64,000 nt of DNA from positions 31,850 through 95,849 of the forward strand of contig DASXQR010000059.1 in NCBI GenBank assembly GCA_036507075.1, read 5' to 3'. This DNA is from Acidobacteriota bacterium (GTDB lineage Bacteria > Acidobacteriota > UBA6911 > JACQSX01). Below are positions 47,971-58,415 of this stretch, piece by piece. A program made the translations under genes and the position numbers. The notes beneath the pieces are model-generated. The model made no database searches. It was not told the origin of the DNA and worked only from the letters and a program-made list of their open reading frames with translations. Position 1 is the first letter of the stretch. Every line of letters begins with the position of its first letter.

Positions 47971-48576
47971 ATTAACGAAATGAGCTGTCCAGCAGACCTC
48001 GTGATCGCCAGCCAGACGGGACTTCCAGGTCTCAACCGCCCCGAACTCGAGAGGCTCATTCCGCGGCTTGGTCGTTGCCAGGGGTCTAAAGTGCAAACAT
48101 AGAATACCATCAACTCGGTGAATCCACTATATTGTCCGGAGCGTGAAGACGAAAGAATTGGCCGCTGATCTACACGGATTAACGCTGATTAATATCGGCT
48201 AGTCCGAGTAAATCGGCGGATAGTTCTCCCGGCCTCTCTGCACCCGAAGCGGCGAAAGTCTGCCCGGCTCTGATCGGTGATGCTTGTCACACTTGTCCCA
48301 ATTACATTCAGCCAACCCCAACCGCTTGGGGATCAGAGATGAGCGTCCCCAATTCCATGATGTTGTCTAATCTAGCAACTCAGTCGGTTTTTCACAGGCA
48401 CTCCACCGATGACTGCACCAGCTCCCTGGTGCTTGTAAGATATTGAATACAAGTCAATTAATTGACACTTGGCCTAAATTGCGCCCTGTCAGTTATTTAG
48501 CTGGCCGGCGCCCGCCTGTCAACCATAAAATATGGTAGATAAGTATAATGTTTACATATAGTTAATAACATGTTGC

Positions 48577-48605
48577 TTGACTTGATCTCACTTCGGTGCT
48601 AGCAT
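48577..48605 (+). promoter_or_regulatory. Sigma70-like promoter for the 3D-domain gene
   Basis: TTGACT-N17-TAGCAT with TG upstream of the -10. Confidence 0.5.
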
Positions 48606-48691
48606 TTGCCGAGCGTGTGTTATTGACTTAAAAAGCAATCCGGGGAGCGCTTCTGTTAGTGTTCCGCGGGTTGCCAACGTTAGGGGGGTTG

Positions 48692-49192
48692 ATGAGCACT
48701 AACGAAAGAGACCACGTTTGGATTTTCGCGTCCGCTCTGTTTGCGCTGTTTCTGATGGTTTTTTCGGGCCTGACCATACACTATACGTCTGGCCAGCCCC
48801 AGCTCGCCGGCCTTCAGGCCAAGCCGCTTGAAGCCGAAGAAGTTCTGATATCTGATTTACCCGCCGAAATTCCTCGACCGTTGTTCGACCATGAGTTCAT
48901 GGCGACTGCGTACAGCGATTATGGGATCACCGCGTCGGGGGTTTTGGTATCCACTGGGATCATTGCCGCCGATCCGAATGTCCTTCCCATGGGTTCGATT
49001 ATTGAAATCGACGCCGGCAAGTATTCCGGCATCTACACGGTCATGGACACGGGGGCTGCCGTCAAAGGCGAAAAGATTGACATCTTCATTCCCGACTATG
49101 ACGAAGCGCTGCGCTTTGGCTCTCGCAAGGTGGCAGTCAAGATTCTACGCCGCGGCTGGAATCCGAAGGGGAGCTTCGTCAACGCCGGCTAG
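48692..49192 (+). CDS. 3D-domain (MltA-like) cell-wall protein with N-terminal TM
   Basis: ATAY, TASG, IAADP, DTGAAVKG..IDIF, A.RFG.R.V. Confidence 0.9.
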   Translation: MSTNERDHVWIFASALFALFLMVFSGLTIHYTSGQPQLAGLQAKPLEAEEVLISDLPAEIPRPLFDHEFMATAYSDYGITASGVLVSTGIIAADPNVLPMGSIIEIDAGKYSGIYTVMDTGAAVKGEKIDIFIPDYDEALRFGSRKVAVKILRRGWNPKGSFVNAG

Positions 49193-49194
49193 TA

Positions 49195-49410
49195 TTCCAA
49201 ATGGGGATTTCGGAATGATCCAAATTCGGATTTCGGAATGCGGAATAGGGCCTTTGTGTCACGGATAGTATAGGCCCCGCTCCCCATTCCGCATTCCCCA
49301 TTCCGCATTCCCCATTCCCCATTCCGCATTCCCCATTCCACATTCCCCATTCCCCATTCCGCATTCCCCATTCGGCATTTCCCATTCCCCATTCCCCGTT
49401 CCCCGTTCCC
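49195..49410. repeat. TGCGGAA / (TTCCCCA,TTCCGCA)n heptamer arrays
   Basis: A long heptamer run at ~49283-49410. Confidence 0.85.
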
Positions 49411-49463
49411 TTCAAGCGCTTCACAACTTTCCCTGCCGGGTTTGCATCTCCTATAATTGCCGT

Positions 49464-51257
49464 ATGAACCCGGAATTAGCGACCAGGCTTGAGAATTTAC
49501 CTGCCAAGCCCGGGGTGTATCTATTCAAAAACCGGCAGGGCAAGACGATTTATATCGGCAAAGCAAGGAGTTTGAAGGGCCGCGTTCGATCCTATTTTCA
49601 GCAGGGGCGAATCGCCGATGCTAAAACCGACGCGCTCGTTCATGAAGTCGAAGATTTGGAGTACCTGGTCACCGACTCGGAGTTGGAAGCCTTCATGCTC
49701 GAGAGTAATCTGGTCAAACGCAGTGAGCCTAAGTACAACGTTCGTCTTAAGGACGATAAGCGGTTTCTGATGATCAAGCTCACGGTGAACGAGCCTTATC
49801 CCCGCGTGCTTTTGACTCGGCGGGCGGCCAATGACGGATCTCTCTACTTCGGACCGTACATCCCCGCTTCTCTGGCAAGAAACACGATCAAGCTGATCAA
49901 CCGTCACTTCCTTCTGAGGACGTGCGATATCGAAATTGACGGCAAAAGGGACCGGCCCTGCCTGGAATTCCACATCAAGCGCTGCCTCGGACCCTGCGTT
50001 GAAGGATTGTGTACCCCCGAGCAGTACAAGTCAGCCGTAGAGGACGTCGTTTTGCTCCTGCAGGGCAGAAACGAGCAGTTGGCCGACAGTTTGGAGCAGA
50101 AGATGCTCACCGCCGCCCAGGAAGCCCGTTTTGAAGCGGCTGCATTTTATCGAGACCGGCTTACCATGGTGCGGGATCTGGCGCGCACGCAGCGAATGAT
50201 TAACAACAGGCTCGATGATGTGGATGTTTTTGCCTATCACCAGGAGGGTTCCCGGCTGGCGCTTCAGCTTTTTACGCTGCGAGAGGGGAAGATTCTGGGA
50301 AAGAAGGAGTTCTTCTGGGAGGACCTGCTGATCTTCAACGCAGAAAGTTTTTTGGGCGACGTCCTCCAGCAATTCTATGAATCAGGGGTTTTTATCCCCG
50401 CTTCCATTTATGTTCCATTGCCCATCGCCGACCAGAAGTTGACGGAAGACTGGCTTTCGGAAAAGAGCGGCCGCCGGGTGCATATCCACGCTCCCAGCCG
50501 CGGCTCCAAGCGGCAGTTAGTCGATTTTGCGGAGAAAAACGCCAAGATCGCATTTGATGCCCGCTTCCGGATTTCAAGATCCGGAAAAGAACTGGTAATC
50601 CGGCAGGTCCAGGAGATTCTCGACCTTCCCGATGTGCCGGCGCGGATCGAAGCATTCGATATTTCCAATATTCAGGGCAGCGAGACGGTAGCCAGCATGG
50701 TGGCGTGCGTGGACGGAATCATGGACCGGAGCCAGTACCGAAAGTTCAAAGTGCGAACCGTTGAAGGTCCGGATGACTTCAGTTCAATACGCGAGGTCGT
50801 GTACCGCCGCTATAAGAAACTATTGGATGAAAGCCGCCCCCTTCCAGACCTGATCCTGATTGACGGAGGGAAGGGCCAGCTTCACGCGGCGGCCGAAGCG
50901 ATTGACAAGCTGGACCTGGAAATCCCGCTCGCCAGCATAGCCAAGCGCGAGGAGATCATTTTCGTCCGAAGCCTGGATGAGCCGATTGTGCTGGAGAGGA
51001 CGTCGCCTGTGCTGCATCTGATCCAGGAGATCAGGGATGAGGCTCACCGCTTTGCCGTAACCTACCATCGCAAGAGGCGCAGTATTCGCGACGCGCATTC
51101 GGACCTGGATACGATCGCCGGAATCGGAAAAGTTCGGAAAATGACCCTGCTGCGCTACTTCGGCTCTGTCAAACGGGTGCGCGACGCGACGGAAGCCGAA
51201 CTGGCCAAAGTGATCGGCCCAAGAGCAGCCCGGTCAGTTAAGGAAGGGCTCGGGTAG
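49464..51257 (+). CDS. uvrC: Excinuclease ABC subunit C
   Basis: GIY-YIG (PGVY...IYIGKA), FEAAAFYRD, IEAFDISN, PDLILIDGGKGQ, IRDEAHRFA, HhH. Confidence 0.98.
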   Translation: MNPELATRLENLPAKPGVYLFKNRQGKTIYIGKARSLKGRVRSYFQQGRIADAKTDALVHEVEDLEYLVTDSELEAFMLESNLVKRSEPKYNVRLKDDKRFLMIKLTVNEPYPRVLLTRRAANDGSLYFGPYIPASLARNTIKLINRHFLLRTCDIEIDGKRDRPCLEFHIKRCLGPCVEGLCTPEQYKSAVEDVVLLLQGRNEQLADSLEQKMLTAAQEARFEAAAFYRDRLTMVRDLARTQRMINNRLDDVDVFAYHQEGSRLALQLFTLREGKILGKKEFFWEDLLIFNAESFLGDVLQQFYESGVFIPASIYVPLPIADQKLTEDWLSEKSGRRVHIHAPSRGSKRQLVDFAEKNAKIAFDARFRISRSGKELVIRQVQEILDLPDVPARIEAFDISNIQGSETVASMVACVDGIMDRSQYRKFKVRTVEGPDDFSSIREVVYRRYKKLLDESRPLPDLILIDGGKGQLHAAAEAIDKLDLEIPLASIAKREEIIFVRSLDEPIVLERTSPVLHLIQEIRDEAHRFAVTYHRKRRSIRDAHSDLDTIAGIGKVRKMTLLRYFGSVKRVRDATEAELAKVIGPRAARSVKEGLG

Positions 51258-51494
51258 ATTCGGGTTACGGGTTTCCGGGTTTCCGGGTTTCCGGGTTACG
51301 AGTTACGAGTTGGCGAATGGGAGCCTGGCTTGGTGGTTCAATTTTTTTTCCACCAAGCCACCAAGATCTTGAACTTTCATGCTGCATGACCAAAGACCGG
51401 TGACTGGTGACCTCATATGATGAATTTCAATTCTCTATTTTGCAATTCGCAAACCCGTAACCCGTCAACCCGTAACTCGTAACCCGCTAGCCCG

Positions 51495-52076
51495 CTAACC
51501 CGTCAGACCGGAACCCGGAGGCGGCTCAAAGCAGCGGCGACAACGGGCTTCGTAGGCGCCCTCGGCGCCGACGACAATTCGCTCGCTGCTGTCAATCAAG
51601 CGCTGCGTGTAGTTGGCCGGATTCCCGCAGCGTACGCAGATGGCAAGTGTTTTGGTAATATACTCGGCAATAGCCAGCAGTTGGGGCACCGGCTCGAACG
51701 GTCGACCCGTGTAGTCTTTATCCAGGCCGGCGACGATCACGCGCTTGCCCATATTCGCAAGCTTATTGCAGACCTCAACGATTCCTTCGTCCAGAAACTG
51801 TACCTCGTCAACACCAATTACTTCTGTCCGGTCCTCCACTGATTCCCACACCTGCTGGGAAGAAGAAACGACCTGAGATCGAATCTTTAGTTCACTGTGC
51901 GACACGATATGATCGGCGTCGTAACGATTGTCGATCTGAGGCTTGAACACCTGAACCCGCTGCTGGGCAATCTGCGCCCGCCGCAGTCTCCTGATCAGCT
52001 CTTCGCTTTTTCCGCTGAACATGCTTCCACAGATCACCTCCACCCAGCCGACATTGCCCCGAATGACGCTATTCAT
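51495..52076 (-). CDS. tdk: Thymidine kinase
   Basis: [28 protein letters not shown]. Confidence 0.97.
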   Translation of the reverse strand: MNSVIRGNVGWVEVICGSMFSGKSEELIRRLRRAQIAQQRVQVFKPQIDNRYDADHIVSHSELKIRSQVVSSSQQVWESVEDRTEVIGVDEVQFLDEGIVEVCNKLANMGKRVIVAGLDKDYTGRPFEPVPQLLAIAEYITKTLAICVRCGNPANYTQRLIDSSERIVVGAEGAYEARCRRCFEPPPGSGLTG

Positions 52077-52638
52077 ACACTTTTTTGTTGTAAAACGGGG
52101 CAAACGCCGCGATCAGAGCAATCACGAAGGAATGTTTGCGGGTGAGAATATCACGCGTCAAAACACCCCATGTCCCCTGCTTGCTGCGAATGTCGGTATC
52201 CTTGGCAAATCGGTCAATGGCGATGCCCAGCTCGATTCCACGATCGATAACCGCGTTAGCTATTTTCGAGGGCACCAGAATATTGCCGCTGCTTCCAAAG
52301 TAGCCGCGATGGCCGTCCGTGACGTAAGCCCAGCTTTGCAGGAACGCCGTCCTGCGGCCCCGGTCCTGGATGACGTTAAAGCCCCCTTCCATGCCCACGT
52401 AGAAATCGGCCTCATTCTTTTCCTTTTTTAACTGCAGGATCAGGGACTCGGTCCTTCCCTGGGCGCCGTCCATGAGCTCTTTCATGGACAACGGCATCCT
52501 GGGTGCGCGGCCGCCGGCATCATAGGAAAGGTACTCGATGTTTTCGTCGCCGCTTACGAGTTGAGAACGGAAGACCTCGACGGCCTCCTTAACCGCTTCA
52601 ATTTTGGGTTCTCTCAAGGTACCAATCGCAATTCTCAT
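52069..52638 (-). CDS. Inosine/xanthosine triphosphatase (YjjX-like)
   Basis: [40 protein letters not shown]. Confidence 0.85.
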   Translation of the reverse strand: MRIAIGTLREPKIEAVKEAVEVFRSQLVSGDENIEYLSYDAGGRAPRMPLSMKELMDGAQGRTESLILQLKKEKNEADFYVGMEGGFNVIQDRGRRTAFLQSWAYVTDGHRGYFGSSGNILVPSKIANAVIDRGIELGIAIDRFAKDTDIRSKQGTWGVLTRDILTRKHSFVIALIAAFAPFYNKKVYE

Positions 52639-52674
52639 TGGCGGGCATCTTAATTCGACAGATCAACATCTGTC

Positions 52675-52992
52675 GAGCGTCGAGTTGGCGAGCTATCGAG
52701 TTTGCGAGTTGTCGAGTTGTCGAGTTGTCGAGTTGTCGAGTTACGAGTTGTCGAGTCGCCGAGTTACGGGTTGTCGGGTTGCGGGTTGTCGAGTTGTCGA
52801 GTTACGGGTTGTCGAATTGCGAGTTACGGGTTGTCGAATTGTCGAGTTACGGGTTGTCGAGTTGTCGAGTTACGAGTTGTCGAGTTACGAGTTAAGATTG
52901 TAAAATTCAAAATTGAATACGAAAGTGAGAAAGCGGAAACACTGCAATTAGCTCTTAACTCGGCAACTCGCAACCCGGCGACTCGCAACCCG
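52675..52992. repeat. Long (TCGAGTTG/ACGGGTTG)n array with short inverted arm
   Basis: ~220-bp degenerate array at 52675-52893. Inverted caactcg/caacccg units at ~52958-52992. Confidence 0.85.
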
Positions 52993-53106
52993 ACATCGGT
53001 CGTTTACCTCTTCTGGGTTCTGGTAGTGGCCATCCTGTACCCGCTCTGCCGTTGGTATGCGCGACTCAAACGGGAGAAGGCCTATTGGTGGATGAGCTAC
53101 GTGTAG
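52993..53106 (+). pseudogene. Orphan C-terminal fragment of a DUF1624/HGSNAT-like membrane protein
   Basis: VVYLFWVLVVAILYPLCRWYARLKREKAYWWMSYV* resembles the typical C-terminus. Only repeat DNA lies upstream. Confidence 0.65.
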
Positions 53107-53207
53107 TAACTGATTGCATAAATTCGCGTGAGTTTTCTTGGTCGAACTCTTGGAACTAAGTACCAGTACGTCCTTTAGAGTTCAGCGCGCGAAGCGGCAT
53201 GCCGACC

Positions 53208-53654
53208 TTACGTTCCCAGTTTCTCGCGCACGCGCTGGTTCACAGCCTTGCCGTCGACCGAGCGACCTGAAAGTTGTTTCATCACCGCTTTCATCACGTT
53301 ACCCATGTCTCGGGCGGAAGTAGCATTGGTCTCGCGGATGGCCGCTTCGATCGCCGCATCTATTTCTTCGGACGTGGCGCCCTGCGGCATGTATTTTTCG
53401 ATCAGAGAGATTTCTTCCAGCTCTTTGCTCGCCAGCTCAGGTCGCTTTCCCTTCTCATATTGTTCGGCGGCATCACGGCGCTGTTTGACCAGCGTCCCCA
53501 AAACCTTGACCACTTCCTCATCACTGAGATCATGTCCCAGTTCAATCTCTTTGTTTTTCACGGCGGCCTTTACCATTCTGAGCACGCTCATACGAAGCGC
53601 GCTCTTCTCCTTCATGGCGGCCTTTAAATCTTCATTGAACTGGTCCCGAAGCAT
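53208..53654 (-). CDS. GatB/YqeY domain protein
   Basis: DLKAAMK, KQRRDAAEQY..G.RPELA.KE, DMGNVMK, DGKAV. Confidence 0.95.
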   Translation of the reverse strand: MLRDQFNEDLKAAMKEKSALRMSVLRMVKAAVKNKEIELGHDLSDEEVVKVLGTLVKQRRDAAEQYEKGKRPELASKELEEISLIEKYMPQGATSEEIDAAIEAAIRETNATSARDMGNVMKAVMKQLSGRSVDGKAVNQRVREKLGT

Positions 53655-53725
53655 CGGATTCCTCCCAATTAATTTAAAGATCTAAAAATTCAAGATTAAG
53701 AAATTCAATTTGGAATTTTCAATCT

Positions 53726-54514
53726 TCAATCCGCCAGCAGTTGGAGCATTTCGTCATGGACCATGCCGTTACTGGCAACGATTTCCCGTTTATAGATATC
53801 CGGAGCTTGCCCGCCGACATCGCTCACCCGGCCACCCGCCTCCTCAACCATCAATATCCCCGCCGCCATGTCCCAGGGTTGCAGTGTAATTTCCCAGTAG
53901 CCGTCAAATCGTCCCGCGGCAACGTAGGCCAGATCCATCGCCGCCGAACCGACGCGCCGCACCGCGCGCGCGTGTTTGGTAAATCGAACAAAATATTCCA
54001 GATTCGTGTGCGGTGGTTTTCGCACGTCATAGGGGAAACCGGTAACCAGCAACGCCTGGCCTAGCTGTTCGGTCCCGGACACATGCAGTTTCCGGCCATT
54101 CAACTCGGCGCCGCCGCCGCGCACGACAGCAAACAACTCCTTCAAAGGGGGATGATAAATCACTCCGGCGGTCAGCTCGCCGAGGACAGCTACCGCTATT
54201 GACACAGCGTAAAATGGGAATCCATGAGCATAGTTAGTCGTGCCGTCCAGCGGGTCGATGATCCACTTGTATGGACCGCCGCGATTCTCCTCACCGTAGG
54301 TGTTTTCTTCAGCCAGGACTTCATGCTTCGGAAAATGCCGGGTGATGTAGTCAACGATAACCCTCTCGGATTTCAGATCCATTTCCGTCACCAGGTCAAT
54401 GGGACTTGACTTGGTTCGGATTTCCATGGACTGCCCGAACCTGCTCTCCAGCACAGATCCTCCCAGGCGGGCCGCCTCGGCAGCCACTTCAAGCAGATTT
54501 TCAGGACGTTCCAT
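53726..54514 (-). CDS. suhB: Inositol monophosphatase family protein
   Basis: DLVTEMD, AEE, WIIDPLDGTTNY, GSAA, WDMAAG. Confidence 0.92.
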   Translation of the reverse strand: MERPENLLEVAAEAARLGGSVLESRFGQSMEIRTKSSPIDLVTEMDLKSERVIVDYITRHFPKHEVLAEENTYGEENRGGPYKWIIDPLDGTTNYAHGFPFYAVSIAVAVLGELTAGVIYHPPLKELFAVVRGGGAELNGRKLHVSGTEQLGQALLVTGFPYDVRKPPHTNLEYFVRFTKHARAVRRVGSAAMDLAYVAAGRFDGYWEITLQPWDMAAGILMVEEAGGRVSDVGGQAPDIYKREIVASNGMVHDEMLQLLAD

Positions 54515-54639
54515 GAGACACACCCATCAGTACCGTGGCGGCAAGCCGGATCATTCAAAACCTTCACCGCAAAGGCCGCAAAGAGCGCTAAGAAATAGCG
54601 CAAAGGATGCCGTCTTGGCGTTCTTGGCGTTCTTCGCGG

Positions 54640-55146
54640 TCAAGTTTCTTTGGATAATCCAGGCTCGCGGCCGCGGTACGACAGCGTGACGATTGCCTGC
54701 GCTGCGATTCCTTCACCGCGTCCGATGACACCGCAACCTTCCATTGTCGTCGCTTTCACGGCCACTTGAGACGCTTCAATAGTCAAAGCCGCCGCAATCC
54801 GGCGTTTCATCTCCGCCCGGTGAGGTGAAACGCGGGGAGCTTCCATCCAGAGCATTGTATCCACGTTGACTATTGCGTAACCGAGAGAACGAATCTTTTC
54901 GGCTACTTCCTGGACCAGTTTGCTGCTGGAAATGCCCCGAAAGCGGGGTTCTGTGTCGGGGAAATAGTGTCCGATGTCGTCCAGTCCGGCCGCGCCAAGC
55001 AGGGCATCGCAGATCGCATGCAGCAGCACATCGGCATCCGAGTGGCCCTCCAGCCCCTTTTCGGAATTGATCGGAAGGCCGCCCAGAATCAAACGGCGCC
55101 CGGGAACCAGTCGATGAAAATCAAACCCAATACCCGTGCGAATCAT
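54640..55146 (-). CDS. ispF: 2-C-methyl-D-erythritol 2,4-cyclodiphosphate synthase
   Basis: GFDFH, GHSDADVLLHAICDALLGA, DIG..FPD, VKATT.E. Confidence 0.97.
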   Translation of the reverse strand: MIRTGIGFDFHRLVPGRRLILGGLPINSEKGLEGHSDADVLLHAICDALLGAAGLDDIGHYFPDTEPRFRGISSSKLVQEVAEKIRSLGYAIVNVDTMLWMEAPRVSPHRAEMKRRIAAALTIEASQVAVKATTMEGCGVIGRGEGIAAQAIVTLSYRGREPGLSKET

Positions 55147-55835
55147 ACCGGCGAAAGACCTTTCGCAGACTGCTCGTGCAGCAGGAACTCTGCATACTTA
55201 AGATCTTCAGGGTAAGTAATCTTGATATTTCTGTAATCCCCTTCCACGGCAACTACCGAAAGGCCCGCATATTCAAACATTGATGCTTCGTCCGTCCAGG
55301 TCCGCTCGCCTGGGACCGAACTAAAAACCTTCCGCAGCATCTCGCGACGGAATGCCTGCGGGGTCTGAGCCAGAAACAGACCGGAACGTTCGACAGTCTG
55401 CACCACTTGCCCTTCGCTGACCCTTTTTAAACTTTCCGTCACCGGGGCGATCGGAATGGCGGCTCCGTGCCTCCAGGCGCCATCGATCAGCAGCTCTACC
55501 AGTCTGGGGGTGACAAAAGGTCGTGCGGCGTCGTGCACCAGAACCACGTCTGTTTCTTCGCCGACAGCTCCCAGACCCGCCCTGACGGAATCCTGCCGCC
55601 TGAGGCCGCCTTCAACCCATGTGAGATTTTGGGACGCCTGCGCGACCCGGCGGAAATCGTTCATTCTCTGGCCAGGAACCACCATGATAATGCGAGTCAC
55701 CGCAGGCACGCGGCGGAAGGCCCGGACCGACCAGAGGAAAAGAGGGATATTCCCCAGCAAAAGAAGCTGCTTCGGGTCGGAGGATCCGAGTCGCGATCCG
55801 CTCCCCGCAGCAGCTATGATGGCGGCGCAGTTCAT
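55143..55835 (-). CDS. ispD: 2-C-methyl-D-erythritol 4-phosphate cytidylyltransferase
   Basis: AAGSGSRL, PKQ, RQDSV, VHDAARP, QTPQAF, NIKIT.PED. Confidence 0.96.
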   Translation of the reverse strand: MNCAAIIAAAGSGSRLGSSDPKQLLLLGNIPLFLWSVRAFRRVPAVTRIIMVVPGQRMNDFRRVAQASQNLTWVEGGLRRQDSVRAGLGAVGEETDVVLVHDAARPFVTPRLVELLIDGAWRHGAAIPIAPVTESLKRVSEGQVVQTVERSGLFLAQTPQAFRREMLRKVFSSVPGERTWTDEASMFEYAGLSVVAVEGDYRNIKITYPEDLKYAEFLLHEQSAKGLSPV

Positions 55836-56864
55836 TTACATCTGGCTTTGCACACGATCGCGATCGAACTCCACGCGATTATCGTGAAGCTCGGCAAACT
55901 TGCCAAAAATCATTTTACCTGCAGTCGTTTGGAGCACGCTGGTCACCAGGATGTCAATCGTTTTGCCGATCATCTTCCTGGCGTTGTCCACTACTACCAT
56001 AGTGCCATCGTCCAGGTAAGCCACGCCCTGGTTATACTCCTTGCCTTCCTTCAGGATAAAGACGCGCATGCTTTCGCCGGGCAGCACCACGGGTTTGATG
56101 GCATTCGCCAGCTCGTTGATGTTGAGCACCTCAACCCCGCGCAGTTGGGCAACCTTGTTCAGATTAAAATCGTTGGTCACAATCTTGGCCCCGGTCTGGC
56201 GCCCCAGCTCAATGAGCTTCATGTCGACTTCGCGAATGTCCGGGTAATCCGTTTCGACGATCTGGACATTAATGGTCGCCTTTTTCTGGATCTTCTGCAG
56301 AATATCCAGACCCCGCCGGCCGCGATTGCGCTTGATCGAGTCGGCAGAATCGGCCACCAACTGCAGCTCCCTCAGCACAAACTGCGGCACCAGGATCTGC
56401 CCCTCCAGAAAACCGGTCTCAATGATGTCGGCTACCCTCCCGTCAATGATCACGCTGGTATCCAGGATCTTGGCAAACTTCTTATTGCCGCGGTCCCCCA
56501 AAAACTCCTCCAGGCTCAGGAATTCCCCTTTTGCAACTCCCAGAATCAAGCCGACATAGGTCATGAACGCCAGGATCAGGATTTGAAGAAATGTCGCGCT
56601 GGGAGAATCGAAAAACGTCATACGGGACAGCACCAGACTTATCAGGCATGCGCCGAGAATACCGGCAATAGATCCGATGGCAGCCCCGAGAAGGGTTTTG
56701 AAAGAAAGTCGTCTAACCCTCAGCTCAAAAATGACAATGGCAACCGCCAGTAATACCCCCAGGATGACCGAATGGGGTAGGGCGGGCAAAGAAAACGGAC
56801 GAAAGTAGTACGTTGTGGCCGCCAGTATAGCGATAAACAGAGCTCGAATCAGCCACAGGCCCAT
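55836..56864 (-). CDS. PIN/TRAM domain membrane protein (YacL-like)
   Basis: TM N-terminus, [36 protein letters not shown]. radA-yacL-ispD-ispF gene order. Confidence 0.95.
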   Translation of the reverse strand: MGLWLIRALFIAILAATTYYFRPFSLPALPHSVILGVLLAVAIVIFELRVRRLSFKTLLGAAIGSIAGILGACLISLVLSRMTFFDSPSATFLQILILAFMTYVGLILGVAKGEFLSLEEFLGDRGNKKFAKILDTSVIIDGRVADIIETGFLEGQILVPQFVLRELQLVADSADSIKRNRGRRGLDILQKIQKKATINVQIVETDYPDIREVDMKLIELGRQTGAKIVTNDFNLNKVAQLRGVEVLNINELANAIKPVVLPGESMRVFILKEGKEYNQGVAYLDDGTMVVVDNARKMIGKTIDILVTSVLQTTAGKMIFGKFAELHDNRVEFDRDRVQSQM

Positions 56865-56987
56865 AGATGCTCCTTTCCGGCCCCCCGATCAGATCTTTTT
56901 CAACTCAAAGGTACGCAAGTGTTGAAAAACAAGGTGAAAACAGCAACTGTAGCAATAATAAGGAATTTCGGGCGGTTTTACAAATAA

Positions 56988-58340
56988 TTAGAGAAACAAC
57001 CGCTCCAGGTCCTTCTGCAGAGATTGCAGGCCGATCAGTTCGATTCCCTCAACCTTTTCCTGGAGCGGCAGATTTGCCGAGGGGAGGGCGCAGCGGGAGA
57101 ACCCCAGGGCCCGCCCTTCTCGGGCCCGAAGGGCAGCCAGCGAGACGGCCCGCACTTCCCCGGCGAGACCCAGCTCTCCAAAGACCACCAAGGCCGGATC
57201 GACCGGGCGATTCAACAAACTGGAAACGACCGCCGAGGCCGCCGCAAGGTCAACAGCCGGTTCCTCAAGAAAAAGTCCTCCTGCCACGTTGACGTAAACG
57301 TCACAGGCATGAAGCTCGTAACCGCAGCGGCGCTCAAGCATGGCAAGCAGCAGGGAAAGCCGAGTGGAATCAAGCCCGTTCGCGGTTCGCTTGCCCGTGC
57401 CGTAATGGGCGTCGGAAACAAGCGCCTGGACTTCTACCAGCAACGGCCTGGTCCCTTCCATGGAAGCCAGTACGACCGAGCCCGGAACCCCCGCAGTGCG
57501 CTCGGATAAAAATAACTCGGACGGATTGGATACCGGCAGCAAGCCTCGGCTCGACATTTCAAAGACTCCCAGCTCATGCGAAGCTCCAAATCGATTCTTG
57601 ACCGCCCGGACCAATCGGTAGCTCTGGCTGCGATTGCCTTCAAAATAGAGCACCACGTCGACGATGTGCTCCAGTGTCTTGGGCCCTGCCAGCCAGCCTT
57701 CCTTGGTGATATGCCCGATCAGAAAAATCGTGAGCCCTCGCGCTTTTGCAAGATTCATCAAAGTCGCCGCGACTTCGCGCACCTGACTGACGCTTCCGGG
57801 CGAAGACTCTACTCTTTCGCTGCAGACCGTCTGCACCGAGTCGACCACCACGCAACGGGGCTGCAGCCGGTCGATCTGTTCGAGAATCCTTTCCAGACCG
57901 GTCTCGGAAAGCAAGTACAGTTCGTCGCCCCGGATTCCTAGGCGTGACCCTCGAAGTTTGATCTGCCTGGATGATTCCTCGCCGCTGACGTACAGGACGC
58001 GTACGCCTCGCGTGGCCAGCGTTTCGGCGATCTGGAGCAATAAAGTCGACTTGCCTACGCCCGGTTCCCCGCCCAGCAGGATCAGCGATCCTGGGACAAG
58101 GCCCCCACCCAATACGCGATCGAATTCAGTATTGTTTGTGATCAGGCGAGGCTGATCCTGCTCGACAATCTCAGAATAAGCCACTGGCTCTCTGCCCGGC
58201 CCGGGCGCGGTAACCGGGCTTCGAACCGGCATCTCTTCCAGAAAACTGTTCCAGGCACCGCAATCCGGGCAGCGTCCAAGCCATTTAGGAGACTGATGGC
58301 CGCAAGCTTGACAAGCGAAGATGGCCTTTGCGTTTTTCAT
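56988..58340 (-). CDS. radA: DNA repair protein RadA/Sms
   Basis: CQACG...CPDC zinc finger, GEPGVGKS, KNRFG, GELGLAGE. Confidence 0.98.
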   Translation of the reverse strand: MKNAKAIFACQACGHQSPKWLGRCPDCGAWNSFLEEMPVRSPVTAPGPGREPVAYSEIVEQDQPRLITNNTEFDRVLGGGLVPGSLILLGGEPGVGKSTLLLQIAETLATRGVRVLYVSGEESSRQIKLRGSRLGIRGDELYLLSETGLERILEQIDRLQPRCVVVDSVQTVCSERVESSPGSVSQVREVAATLMNLAKARGLTIFLIGHITKEGWLAGPKTLEHIVDVVLYFEGNRSQSYRLVRAVKNRFGASHELGVFEMSSRGLLPVSNPSELFLSERTAGVPGSVVLASMEGTRPLLVEVQALVSDAHYGTGKRTANGLDSTRLSLLLAMLERRCGYELHACDVYVNVAGGLFLEEPAVDLAAASAVVSSLLNRPVDPALVVFGELGLAGEVRAVSLAALRAREGRALGFSRCALPSANLPLQEKVEGIELIGLQSLQKDLERLFL

Positions 58341-58415
58341 GCATATCAGCTCACCACAAAGACACAAAGAACACAAAGCTCTTGGTGTACTTTGTGTCTT
58401 TGTGGTGAATATTCT

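Noticed and set aside
48100..48690. c-di-AMP or c-di-GMP riboswitch before the 3D-domain gene
   Set aside because: I could not find the consensus elements by eye.
49179..49424. ORFs such as MGNGEWGMRNAE and RVVELSSC (also 14016, 52604-52903, 26418-27006)
   Set aside because: They are translations of heptamer/octamer DNA repeats and are not credible proteins or RiPP precursors.
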